Below, piece after piece: positions 16,213-25,543 of a stretch of 51,128 nucleotides of DNA (the first letter of the stretch is position 1; each line of letters opens with the position of its first letter). Both the position numbers and the translations under genes were made by a program. Origin of the DNA: Candidatus Azotimanducaceae bacterium (GTDB lineage Bacteria; Patescibacteriota; Minisyncoccia; Phycocordibacterales; UBA918). Where the stretch lies: assembly GCA_047616585.1 (NCBI GenBank), contig JBLHGD010000001.1, forward strand, positions 1 through 51,128, read 5' to 3'. Below the pieces are notes generated by a model that searched no databases, was not told where the DNA came from, and saw only the letters and a program-made list of their open reading frames with translations.

Positions 16213-18435
16213 ATGAAAATTTCAAAAAAATACATCATCTTGGCCTCTGTATTTATCATAATGGTTCTTCCCATTGTATCTATATTGCAGCTCAAGAATT
16301 CTAGTTTAAGGAATGAGATTCTCCAAAACCCGATACTACAACATTTCGTACATACTTATTATTCCCTTAGAAAAATTCCTGACATATTATTTATTCCGTA
16401 CATGGTCACTGACAGCAAGCTGCCAACATATACTTTAGAGATTCCTCACGATAACATTGCCCGCATGAATGCCAAACTTCCTGATGATCCGATGTTTGGG
16501 ACATTGGAAGAAGAAAATAAGCTGTATGTGAACGCAAACTTTTCTTATGATCAATATGCAGACAGAGTAAAAGTGCGATACCGAGGACTAAACGCCAACC
16601 ATTGGAATAAACAGAAGAAGTCCCTGCGCGTTCAATTTCCAAGCAGTAATTATTTTAATGGAGCGAGACTTTTGAATTTTATTATGCCCTTTGATCGAAA
16701 GTACTTTATTGAGCCCCTAAATATGCACCGAACCAAAAAATTTGGGCTTATCGATGTGGATATGTATTTTTCCAGACTTAATATTAATGGCGTGGATACA
16801 GGCGTCTATCTCACATTTGAACACTTCTCGCCCGAGTGGCTTGCTAAAAAAGCACTGCCAGAGGAGAAACTATTTGGTCTACGCGATGGGACTCTTGATG
16901 GTGCCGCAAGCACTCCGGATGACTTTGTGAATATGCTCGCTAAAGAAACTGACGTGGAGAAAGAGGAGCTTGTGACACTTCTCACACTCATACAGCATGC
17001 GGATGACGCCACATTTGAAAATGTAATGCCATATCTTGTTGATTTAGAAAAGCTATATAAATGGAACATAATAAATATTCTCGCTGGAATCAGCCATCAA
17101 ACTGAGTCAGAAAATGCAGTACTTTACTTTAACTCAGTGACAGGGAAATTTGAGATTATTCCATGGGACACCAGTCTTGGAGACCGAGCAATTGGCACAT
17201 ACGACGTCAGTAAATCACCGCTCATGAGTCGCCTCCTCTCTGTTCCCGATTTCAGGGCAAGACATGATGCACTGTTGCGGACATACATAGAAAATGAAGA
17301 GAACTTACGTGAAGATTTGGCGTTTTATGACCAACTATATGAGCAGACCAAAGTAGATTTTTTTAAAGATCACTATAAACACTTCAATAACTTTAATTTC
17401 TTAGCGACGGTACGCGAACAGCGTCAACGGATAGAGGACCATTGGTACAGCGCGGTTGATGTACTCGATCCTGAATATGACTACGCATATCAGGTAGATG
17501 TTACAGATATAGAACTTCCTGGTAGCTTCGCTCACTTCCAGGACGTGCATGAAACCCTCGATACCTTCCTTGCAAAAAACAGGCAATTTTACAAAATCAA
17601 TGGTACTGAAGTCGGGTTAATTGGCACACACAACTTCACCGATGACGTGATCATTCCTAGTGGAATCACCTTACGAATAATGGCTGGTACAAATTTGTAC
17701 ATGGAAGACGAGGTTTCCATTGTCTCCTATGGCGCAGTACATATTTTCGGTACTGACAGCAAACCTGTGAGCATTTCCCCATCGAGCACAAATAAAAAAT
17801 CTTGGGGCACATTTGCTGTTGTGAATGCACCAACAAGTACCGTACAACACCTCATTGCCAGTGGTGGATCTGGAGATAGAATACACGGCATAGCCTTTAG
17901 CGGCATGGTGGCTTTCCACAATACAGATGTGCAGTTAACAGACAGCGTGTTCGAATCTGCCATGAACGACGACGCGCTCAATGTAAAAATGAGTGCTGGA
18001 TGGATCAATAACTCAATTTTTAAAAATAATTCTTCAGACGGCATTGACCTAGATTATGCTAAGGGAGAGTTTACAATACTCACTAACACGTTTACGAAAA
18101 ACGGAGGTGACGCTATCGATTTATCTCACAGTAACGTACTCATTTCGGAGAACACCATACGAGAATGCGCCGACAAAGGCATAAGCGTTGGAGAAGTTTC
18201 CACTACGCGCATCACAAAAAATACTATCAGTGAATGTCGTATTGGGATTGCGGTCAAAGATTTATCTCAAGCCGAGATATCTGAAAATAGTATTACTGAT
18301 ACGGAAACAGCAATTTCTTTATATCTCAAAAAACATGAATTCGGAGGAGGTTCTGCGCTGCTAAAAAGCAACGAGATCGAAGATAATGAGAATGACGTGT
18401 CACTTGATGAGTATTCAGATATACGTTATGAGTAA
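16213..18435 (+). CDS. Exported or membrane-anchored CotH kinase-family protein with a C-terminal right-handed beta-helix repeat domain
   Basis: 740 aa. The N-terminal signal anchor is KKYIILASVFIIMVLPIVSILQL. The CotH-like core is VNANFSYDQYADRVKVRYRGLNANHWNKQKKSLRVQFP...LINVDMYFSRLNINGVDTGVYLTFEH. The C-terminal repeats are INNSIFKNNSSDGIDLDY...TNTFTKNGGDAIDLSHSNVLISENTIRECADKGISVGE... Confidence 0.8.
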   Translation: MKISKKYIILASVFIIMVLPIVSILQLKNSSLRNEILQNPILQHFVHTYYSLRKIPDILFIPYMVTDSKLPTYTLEIPHDNIARMNAKLPDDPMFGTLEEENKLYVNANFSYDQYADRVKVRYRGLNANHWNKQKKSLRVQFPSSNYFNGARLLNFIMPFDRKYFIEPLNMHRTKKFGLIDVDMYFSRLNINGVDTGVYLTFEHFSPEWLAKKALPEEKLFGLRDGTLDGAASTPDDFVNMLAKETDVEKEELVTLLTLIQHADDATFENVMPYLVDLEKLYKWNIINILAGISHQTESENAVLYFNSVTGKFEIIPWDTSLGDRAIGTYDVSKSPLMSRLLSVPDFRARHDALLRTYIENEENLREDLAFYDQLYEQTKVDFFKDHYKHFNNFNFLATVREQRQRIEDHWYSAVDVLDPEYDYAYQVDVTDIELPGSFAHFQDVHETLDTFLAKNRQFYKINGTEVGLIGTHNFTDDVIIPSGITLRIMAGTNLYMEDEVSIVSYGAVHIFGTDSKPVSISPSSTNKKSWGTFAVVNAPTSTVQHLIASGGSGDRIHGIAFSGMVAFHNTDVQLTDSVFESAMNDDALNVKMSAGWINNSIFKNNSSDGIDLDYAKGEFTILTNTFTKNGGDAIDLSHSNVLISENTIRECADKGISVGEVSTTRITKNTISECRIGIAVKDLSQAEISENSITDTETAISLYLKKHEFGGGSALLKSNEIEDNENDVSLDEYSDIRYE

Positions 18436-19144
18436 GAAAGATAAAATATTTGAAAGATACGAGTTCAAGTACATTCTTGACCCAGTCACGTATATGAAAG
18501 TGCGTGACTTTATAGATGCTATTGAACTATCCAGAGATCCAAATGCATTATCGGATGTATATACAGTTACGAGTCTCTATTTTGATACACACGGTCTTGA
18601 TGACTATTACGATAAAGCGGGCGGGTTTTTGTCACGTAAAAAAACAAGAGTGCGTATTTACGGCAGTGGCGTAGACGACAGCACCACTGAAGTTCATTTG
18701 GAACTCAAGAATAAACACGATATGTTCATCTCGAAAGACAAAATACACATACCGATTGCCCAATGGCAGGCATTTCTAGACGGCGATAATGATATATTAC
18801 TTAATAAATTCAAAGTGCACTTGCTAGACGAAGGTCGAGTTCCGACAGTGATGGTACGGTACGACAGAGAAGCGTTTGAGGAGACTTTTTTTGATAGAGT
18901 TCGTGTCACATTCGACAGAAATATTGAATTGATATGTGGCGAAAATCTAGATTCGACCATGCATGATTGGCATGATATAGTTCCTGTTTCAGGAATGTCC
19001 ACCATTATGGAATTGAAATTCTCTGGAAGATTGCCATGGTGGTTTGGCTTCATGTTACGCAAATTCGATTTACGACGATCTCCATACTCAAAATACGCAG
19101 AGGCTGTTGACGTCGCTTATAAGTACAATCCCCTACCTAGATAA
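18428..19144 (+). CDS. VTC-domain (polyphosphate polymerase / CYTH-like tunnel) protein
   Basis: The start is set at ATG 18428 (MSKKDKIFERYEFKYILDP...), overlapping the CotH stop by 8 nt. The length and the RYEFKYIL N-terminus resemble bacterial VTC-domain proteins. Confidence 0.75.
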   Translation: MSKKDKIFERYEFKYILDPVTYMKVRDFIDAIELSRDPNALSDVYTVTSLYFDTHGLDDYYDKAGGFLSRKKTRVRIYGSGVDDSTTEVHLELKNKHDMFISKDKIHIPIAQWQAFLDGDNDILLNKFKVHLLDEGRVPTVMVRYDREAFEETFFDRVRVTFDRNIELICGENLDSTMHDWHDIVPVSGMSTIMELKFSGRLPWWFGFMLRKFDLRRSPYSKYAEAVDVAYKYNPLPR

Positions 19145-19146
19145 TT

Positions 19147-19839
19147 ATGGAAACACAGCTATTTGATTTTTTTAATCTCACAAGAACCGAATCTAGCGCA
19201 GCTATAATAATTTTTAATATATTGCTTTCTTTTGCATTGCAGTTAGTTATTCTGTGGGTGTATAAGAAGACACACAAGGGGCTCTCATACTCTCAGTCGT
19301 TTCTGTTTACACTTGTAATCATTGGAGTTCTTGGATCTGTGATTATGATGGTGGTACAAAATAACCTCATTGGAGCATTCGCCTTACTTGGAGCATTTTC
19401 ACTTATACGATTTAGAACAATTGTAAAAGAGACGCGGGACGTCGCGTTTGTTTTTTTTGCACTTGCCATTGGCGTTGCGGTTGGCACAAGTAATTATTCG
19501 ATTGCGCTAATTGCAACGATAATGCTTTCTGGAATCATTCTCGTTATGTCAAAGTATAGTCTTGGGATAACAAACGGGTCAAACACTATAGGATACGTAC
19601 TGACACTTTCAACCTCGGGCGAGTTAGACATGGAAAAACTTAAAAAGTTGCTATCTCTACATTCTCAAAAACCTGATTTACTACACGCGAAATACCGAGA
19701 AGGCAGAGGTGGGCATTATGCATTCTCAATTAATGTGGAGGACGAAAAGGACTTGCACACACTAGAGTCCGAACTAAAAGGAATGAATAAAATTGATAGA
19801 TTTGAATTTATCACCTCTAAGCACAGTGTGGAATATTAG
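19147..19839 (+). CDS. DUF4956-family integral membrane protein
   Basis: 230 aa with four hydrophobic helices. The segment GAFSLIRFRTIVKETRDVAFVFFALAIGVAVG matches the DUF4956 core as I recall it. It starts 2 nt after the VTC gene stop. Confidence 0.75.
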   Translation: METQLFDFFNLTRTESSAAIIIFNILLSFALQLVILWVYKKTHKGLSYSQSFLFTLVIIGVLGSVIMMVVQNNLIGAFALLGAFSLIRFRTIVKETRDVAFVFFALAIGVAVGTSNYSIALIATIMLSGIILVMSKYSLGITNGSNTIGYVLTLSTSGELDMEKLKKLLSLHSQKPDLLHAKYREGRGGHYAFSINVEDEKDLHTLESELKGMNKIDRFEFITSKHSVEY

Positions 19840-20019
19840 GAATACTCGACTCATTCTAAAACTTTTTGGGGTTTCCTGATGCATTATCAGTGTTTTGTCT
19901 ATGATTACTTTAGTGTCTGGAACGGGTTATAAAAGAACATCGACCGAAGTGTCTTTCGGTACAACCCCTTAGAACGTCTGGGCACAGTAACTTACTGCAT
20001 GTAAACCTTGTAATATCAG

Positions 20020-20025
20020 TATAAT
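20020..20025 (+). promoter_or_regulatory. -10 box placed for a leaderless flippase mRNA
   Basis: TATAAT lies 7 nt upstream of ATG 20033, with no Shine-Dalgarno in between. Confidence 0.4.
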
Positions 20026-20032
20026 AGAAGAA

Positions 20033-21286
20033 ATGATTAAAGCTGCCTACCATTCACTGAAGCAGACCGCGCTGCGTATAGACCTGCCATACTTGATGGA
20101 CGGAGGTTTCTGGCTCACTGCAAGTCAGGTGGTTTCGATGATCTCGTTACTCATACTCTCGTATATTTTTGCAAATTATGTTGACCCTACTGACTACGGA
20201 TTTTACAAATACATTCTGTCACTTGCAATTTTATTTGGGACTTTTTCACTAACCGGGGCGACACAAAGCATAATGCAAGCTGCGTCCAGAAACTATGCCG
20301 CATTTACACGCATCTGTTTTAAAAAATCACTTCAGTATGGATTGATCGTTTCGGGTATCGCCACCATTGCCTCTCTCTATTATTTCATAAATCAAAACAT
20401 ACCCATTGCCATAGGATGTCTTCTGGTTGCCCTATGTAAGCCTCTCATCAATTCTGGACAACTTGTGTTCTCACACCTCATAGGGCTCAAACAATTTAAA
20501 ACTTTAGCAAAATTGCAAGCACTGCGAGTCACAATAACATCGGCCGTACTCATCGGAACAATCTTCTACACTCAAGATATTCTTTTTGTTGTCGCAGCAT
20601 ACTTCATTTCTGAAGCAGTTGTTTCCATGTTGTTGTATTTCTATGCAACACAAAAAATACCCCACACTACGGACACCCACGAGTCCGACCAGCACAAATT
20701 TCTATCATACGCAAAACACACAAGCGTCAGAAATATCTTGACTGGTCTGGCACATGAACTAGATAAAATTCTAGTCTTCCAAAAATTTGGTGCTGTAGAA
20801 CTTGCTGTGTATGCTTTTGCGATTGCAATACCTGAACAACTAAAAGGCTTTATAAAAAACGTTGCGATACTTGTTTTAGTAAAATTTACTGGCTACAACA
20901 TGGACAGTATAAAAAAAGATTTCTTTAAAAAAGTGATCTTACTTGGACTACTACTAATACTGGCTACATTTGTATATATATTTTCCGTACCATATGTGTA
21001 CACGGCTCTCTTCCCAAGTTACTTCGATTCAATTTTCCTATCACAGCTATTTGCCCTTTCCTTTCCTGCAATGATCGCCGTGCTTCCAGTCAGTGCGCTG
21101 CACTCACAGATGCGAGAACGCGATCTTCATAGCCTCAGTATCGTCAATGCAGTACTACTAGTACTTAGTGTATATATCGGAGCAACATACTATGGACTTA
21201 TCGGACTGGTTATAGGTAGAGTACTAGTAAGGTATATACACTGTATTATGGCCTTTATGCTTATGTATTCTCGTCAAACTAAATAG
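20033..21286 (+). CDS. Oligosaccharide/polysaccharide flippase (Wzx-like, MOP superfamily)
   Basis: 417 aa with about 12 TM helices and an N-terminal region typical of polysaccharide biosynthesis (Polysacc_synt) exporters. It sits within a glycan locus. Confidence 0.78.
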   Translation: MIKAAYHSLKQTALRIDLPYLMDGGFWLTASQVVSMISLLILSYIFANYVDPTDYGFYKYILSLAILFGTFSLTGATQSIMQAASRNYAAFTRICFKKSLQYGLIVSGIATIASLYYFINQNIPIAIGCLLVALCKPLINSGQLVFSHLIGLKQFKTLAKLQALRVTITSAVLIGTIFYTQDILFVVAAYFISEAVVSMLLYFYATQKIPHTTDTHESDQHKFLSYAKHTSVRNILTGLAHELDKILVFQKFGAVELAVYAFAIAIPEQLKGFIKNVAILVLVKFTGYNMDSIKKDFFKKVILLGLLLILATFVYIFSVPYVYTALFPSYFDSIFLSQLFALSFPAMIAVLPVSALHSQMRERDLHSLSIVNAVLLVLSVYIGATYYGLIGLVIGRVLVRYIHCIMAFMLMYSRQTK

Positions 21287-21329
21287 CACAGGTTATTTTT
21301 ACGCATACATCACTGCCGAGCATTCAAGT

Positions 21330-22409
21330 CTAGAGGAGATCAAGAATTCGTTTACTCACACCACTATCCCAATAAGGAATCGATGCTGGCACAAAATCAC
21401 ACCGGGAGAGATGGTTGATCATTTCCTCGGAGTTCAAGCTATTGATAGGAAACAGTTTATTTGAACCATGCGATACGGTGACGGGGCGTTCCGTATTGTC
21501 GCGCAACGTACAACACGGCACGCCCAAATGTGAAGACTCTTCTTGAATACCACCAGAATCCGTCACAACACCCTGAGCATCAATAATCAGCTTCATAAAA
21601 TCAATATACCCGACTGGATCTATAATCATCAACCCTTCAAGGTATATATCTAGTCCGTAATCTATTATCCTATTTTTAGTAGCTGGGTGCATTGGAAAAA
21701 CAACGACATATTTTTTTGCCACTTCTTGAAGAGTTACAAGCAATTTATGCAATATCTTCTTTTCGTCTGTATTTTCAACACGGTGGAGCGTTGCAACTAC
21801 ATATTCTTTTCGTGTAAGGTTTAAATCTTCAAGTATCTTCGATTCTGTGAACGTCTCTCTAAAAAGTTCAATACTCTCAATCATCATGTTACCCACCAAA
21901 GAAATCTTTTCAGGTGCTATACCCTCGAGTATAAGGTTATCGACACCAGCTAGTTCAGTTACCAGTAACAAATCAGAAAGATGATCTGTCACCGCCCTGT
22001 TTATCTCTTCTGGCATTCTTCGATCATGACTTCGCAGACCCGATTCAATATGAATCAGCTTCTTACTGTGTGATGATGAGGCGATCGCTCCAGCTAGAGT
22101 CGAGTTAACATCGCCAAAGACGATAACGCCAGTATATTTTGGATCATTCACGACTTCTTTTAGGGCAGTGAACATCTTTCCAATTTTTTCAGTATGGTAT
22201 TCAGCTTTAATGTCAAAATGAATATCAGGTTTTGGGATACCCATTTCTTCAAAAAAGATTTTGGACATGTTATCGTCAAAATGTTGTCCTGTATGTACAA
22301 GTGTGAAATCAAGATCAGGATACTCCAATGCTCGTCGAAATAACGGCGCAGCCTTAATAAAATTCGGTCGCGCACCAACTATAACTAGATATGATCGTCG
22401 TTCATGCAT
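21330..22409 (-). CDS. wecB: UDP-N-acetylglucosamine 2-epimerase (non-hydrolysing)
   Basis: 359 aa with VIVGARPNFIKAAPLFRAL, HTGQHFDDNMSKIFFEEMGIPKPD and DSGGIQEE motifs. Confidence 0.93.
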   Translation of the reverse strand: MHERRSYLVIVGARPNFIKAAPLFRRALEYPDLDFTLVHTGQHFDDNMSKIFFEEMGIPKPDIHFDIKAEYHTEKIGKMFTALKEVVNDPKYTGVIVFGDVNSTLAGAIASSSHSKKLIHIESGLRSHDRRMPEEINRAVTDHLSDLLLVTELAGVDNLILEGIAPEKISLVGNMMIESIELFRETFTESKILEDLNLTRKEYVVATLHRVENTDEKKILHKLLVTLQEVAKKYVVVFPMHPATKNRIIDYGLDIYLEGLMIIDPVGYIDFMKLIIDAQGVVTDSGGIQEESSHLGVPCCTLRDNTERPVTVSHGSNKLFPINSLNSEEMINHLSRCDFVPASIPYWDSGVSKRILDLL

Positions 22410-22448
22410 ATAGAAGTATCTTGATTCTACTATAACCTGCTCAAATAT

Positions 22449-22493
22449 AAAAAGGTGGCGCCCGAGTCATGCATGTGCATGCACGACTCGGGC
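22449..22493 (-). terminator. GC-rich stem-loop (terminator-like) after the orphan gene
   Basis: A 9-bp stem gcccgagtc/gactcgggc (22460-22468 / 22485-22493) encloses the loop atgcatgtgcatgcac. On the minus strand it is followed by GCCACCTTTTTAT. The 6-nt spacer before the T run is non-canonical. Confidence 0.45.
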
Positions 22494-22515
22494 TCATACT
22501 GCTGTCGGCAGTGTC

Positions 22516-23064
22516 CTACGCAGCAATCTCCGAATGATGCATCAACAACGTCAAAAGATGCGCTGCGGAAAAATCATCAAAAAACGGACTGTCGCGGGAA
22601 GTTGCCAATTTACACGCTTCTTGTAATGGCATGCAGCGAGCGCTGCAGTCTTTTGTTGTTGGCTCGCCAATTGACTTCGGGTTTTGTAAAAATCCGTACA
22701 CAATTGGAAATTTGTATTGTGGACCACAACCCAAGCACATGCGCCACCACAGCATTTCATGTTCATCGGATGCAAGCCCGAGCTTTGCTTTGGTGTGTGC
22801 AAGCGCCGCTACGTCTCTGGTACGATCACCATCGTAACCGCCGGAGACTTTGACGATTTCACTCCCACCGGTACCCGCTCGAATCTGCACCAAAAGACAA
22901 ACTTCAATGGGTCCCGCAACGGTATACCGCCAAGGCAATGTCATGGTAGCCGGTCCCGTTCGCACATACGGATACATTCCATCGGACAATTGTTTTACGT
23001 CGAGCTCGAAGAACTTCCCATGCCCAAAACTCTGACCGACCCTAAGTTTTTCTCTGTCGCTCAT
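22516..23064 (-). CDS. Orphan hypothetical protein (182 aa, Cys-containing C-terminal half), compositionally atypical
   Basis: The start is ATG 23064, preceded by GGAGG at a 5-nt spacing (the track start 23067 is a GTG). I recognise no family (MSDREKLRVGQSFGHGKFFELDVKQLSDGMYPYVRTGPATMTLPWRYTVAGP...WWRMCLGCGPQYKFP...CSARCMPLQEAC). Its own stem-loop lies downstream. Confidence 0.6.
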   Translation of the reverse strand: MSDREKLRVGQSFGHGKFFELDVKQLSDGMYPYVRTGPATMTLPWRYTVAGPIEVCLLVQIRAGTGGSEIVKVSGGYDGDRTRDVAALAHTKAKLGLASDEHEMLWWRMCLGCGPQYKFPIVYGFLQNPKSIGEPTTKDCSARCMPLQEACKLATSRDSPFFDDFSAAHLLTLLMHHSEIAA

Positions 23065-23180
23065 CACGACCTCCTACCGTCTGATTACACCTACACAATT
23101 GAGGGTGTTTCAATCTGTAGGAATCATACCACAAAATCTCAAAACATCAACTTGGAGACGAAACTCGATATTAGACCTTT

Positions 23181-24188
23181 CTATTTAATATGCCCCTTAT
23201 TAAAGGCGTCACTTTTAAACCACTCAAGAGTTTTTTGCAATCCTTCGTCAAGAGAAATCGTTGCGTCAAAATTCAGCTCCTTCTTTGCTTTTGAAGCATC
23301 AACTCCGCGGTGCGGCATCTCGTCCCAATCTCGTCTTTCAACATATTCAATCCCTGCAGTATTGCCGGTGAGTGCATTAATCTTTTCTGCAAGCTCGATC
23401 ATTTCGGTAGTAGTCTCTGTTCCAATATTATAGATGAGATTATCATCAGCTTCATGTGGATGGGTGTAGTAACTCTTTACAATGCGATCACCGCTATTAT
23501 CCATTGCTGCAATACTACCATTCACAATATCATCAATATACGTAAACGGTCGAGTCTCCTTCCCTGTTCCAGTTATAATCAATGGTTCATTGTGGGTCGC
23601 TTTCCATAAAAAATTTGGAATAACACTTCTAAACTGGCCCGGATAATCACCTGGCCCGTAGCTACTAAAGTAACGCACGATTACTGCGGGGAGTCCTTTA
23701 TACTTATTGAAGAACGTCACGTAGTATTCCGAAAGCATTTTAGTAATCGAGTATGGCGTAGACAGCATGATCGGACTTGTTTCAGAAAATGCACCTACTA
23801 CTGGCTTATACACACACGAGGAGGAAGCATATAAAATCTTTTTCACATCATGCTCTACACATTTCTCAAGAAGCTTCACGACACCAAGACCATTTGTAGT
23901 GAGATCCTTTACAGGATAATTAACGGAGTTTTGGTTCGCAAAATTTGCAGCTAAATGGTATACGTGCGTAATTCCTTCCGAGAAGGCCTTCTCAAGTACA
24001 GCCTCGTCGCAGATATCCCCGTTTACAACCACAATGTTTTCGCTCTCCTGTATGTTATCAGCATGACCAGAGGAGTTATTATCAAGTATTACAAGCTTGT
24101 CATACGCCTGTGATGTAGTGAGTTGTTTGATTAAATTTGAACCAATTGCACCCGTACCGCCAGTAACCAGTATTGTTTTACCTGTCAT
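23181..24188 (-). CDS. NAD-dependent nucleotide-sugar epimerase/dehydratase/reductase (extended SDR)
   Basis: 335 aa with the Rossmann motif ILVTGGTGAIGSNL and catalytic SSS...YSITK (YxxxK). It overlaps the upstream gene by 4 nt. Confidence 0.88.
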   Translation of the reverse strand: MTGKTILVTGGTGAIGSNLIKQLTTSQAYDKLVILDNNSSGHADNIQESENIVVVNGDICDEAVLEKAFSEGITHVYHLAANFANQNSVNYPVKDLTTNGLGVVKLLEKCVEHDVKKILYASSSCVYKPVVGAFSETSPIMLSTPYSITKMLSEYYVTFFNKYKGLPAVIVRYFSSYGPGDYPGQFRSVIPNFLWKATHNEPLIITGTGKETRPFTYIDDIVNGSIAAMDNSGDRIVKSYYTHPHEADDNLIYNIGTETTTEMIELAEKINALTGNTAGIEYVERRDWDEMPHRGVDASKAKKELNFDATISLDEGLQKTLEWFKSDAFNKGHIK

Positions 24189-25474
24189 GATTTGCTTGTT
24201 ATGTACTCTGATATTTTTTCAATCGCATAATCTAACTCTTCTGTACCCAGCAAAGGGTGACATCCGATGAAAAACGAATGGTCCCGAACATACCTACTGT
24301 TGGATAAATCTCCCACACTTCTGCCTGGAGCATGTGCCAAACTGGGTTGATCGGGTAAGGTCCCACACATGATTGCTCGCGTCTCTACACTTTCAGACTC
24401 AAGGAACTGAGCAAATTCTTTCCGAGGAAATTTTACGCCGTCTTTGATAACCATCGGAAATGTATAGTACACATGACTGAATGTGTCATCACTCAACTTT
24501 GGCAAAATGAGTACATTTTTGTGTTTCTTCAGTCCGGCGTGTAGGTATTTTGCGCTTTTAGTTCTGATCGCATTTGTCTCGTCTAGTTTATTAAGCTGTA
24601 CATGACCAAACGCAGCAGGAGCATCTGCCATTCTAAAATTCCAGCCTATTCGATGGAAAGTATAGCGCTCATCAAAATCAACCAAGTTATCCTGAGTATA
24701 TCCATACCGCTCTCCACTATACGTTCTGTCTCGTCCAAACTCTCGAAGATCGCGTATAACTTTTTGATACTCGTCACTATTGGTGGCAACCATACCTCCT
24801 TCTGCACTAGTCATATTATGAGCCACATAAAAGCTCCATGTGGCAATATCACCAAAGCTGCCGACTTTCTTGCCGTGCAGCTCTGCGCCGTGTGACTCAC
24901 AACAATCTTCAATCACCTTTATAGTATACTCTTTGGCAAGTACCATAATCTCCTCCATCGGGGCTGGCATACCCAGCGTATGCACTACCATAACACATTT
25001 GATTTTATGGTCCTTTTCTTCGAGTGCTTTTGCAAGCTCTTGCACGTCAATATTAAGTGTCTCTTGATCGATATCGATATACACAGGAACCAGTCCGAGC
25101 TGCAAAATAGGAGACGCGACGCTAATGAAAGTCGTCGCAGGAAGCGCCACCTCATCTCCAGGCTTGAGATGTCCGACCTCCTTAAGAGCATTGAGTGCGA
25201 GAATGTTTGCTGAGGTTCCTGAATTAACAGCAATACTATGTGCAACACCCATATGCTTACTAAACGCGTTTTCAAAATCAATGACGGGCTTCTGTGTTGA
25301 CAAAAAACCGTGTAAGTAACATTTAATCGCTGCATTAACTTCATCTGAGCCATAATAACCACCGCCAATTGGCACTTTAAAGTGAGACGGGATCATTTCT
25401 TCTCTGGTTATCTCTGAAAAATATTCTTCAACGCGTTTGTAGATATCTTGCTCTTTTTCTGTTGATCTGCTCAT
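24185..25474 (-). CDS. DegT/DnrJ/EryC1/StrS-family PLP/PMP enzyme of the sugar 3-dehydratase type (RfbH/E1- or ColD-like)
   Basis: 429 aa with NSGTSANILAL, IEDCCESHG and SFYVAHNMTSAEGG. In the last motif, a His occupies the position of the Schiff-base Lys of true aminotransferases (SFH..K....GEGG). Confidence 0.85.
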   Translation of the reverse strand: MSRSTEKEQDIYKRVEEYFSEITREEMIPSHFKVPIGGGYYGSDEVNAAIKCYLHGFLSTQKPVIDFENAFSKHMGVAHSIAVNSGTSANILALNALKEVGHLKPGDEVALPATTFISVASPILQLGLVPVYIDIDQETLNIDVQELAKALEEKDHKIKCVMVVHTLGMPAPMEEIMVLAKEYTIKVIEDCCESHGAELHGKKVGSFGDIATWSFYVAHNMTSAEGGMVATNSDEYQKVIRDLREFGRDRTYSGERYGYTQDNLVDFDERYTFHRIGWNFRMADAPAAFGHVQLNKLDETNAIRTKSAKYLHAGLKKHKNVLILPKLSDDTFSHVYYTFPMVIKDGVKFPRKEFAQFLESESVETRAIMCGTLPDQPSLAHAPGRSVGDLSNSRYVRDHSFFIGCHPLLGTEELDYAIEKISEYITSKS

Positions 25475-25543
25475 GGTGCATTATGGATAGTCATTAATAA
25501 TTCAATAGATTATACCCCATATCTTGCAAAAAAGTTTTGCAAC

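Noticed and set aside
22455-23433. Long plus-strand ORFs 22455-22853 (132 aa) and 22717-23433 (238 aa)
   Set aside because: Their translations are low-complexity and Cys/Arg/Ser-rich. They overlap both the SD-preceded minus-strand orphan gene and the well-supported SDR gene. They are most likely open-frame artefacts of locally high G+C.
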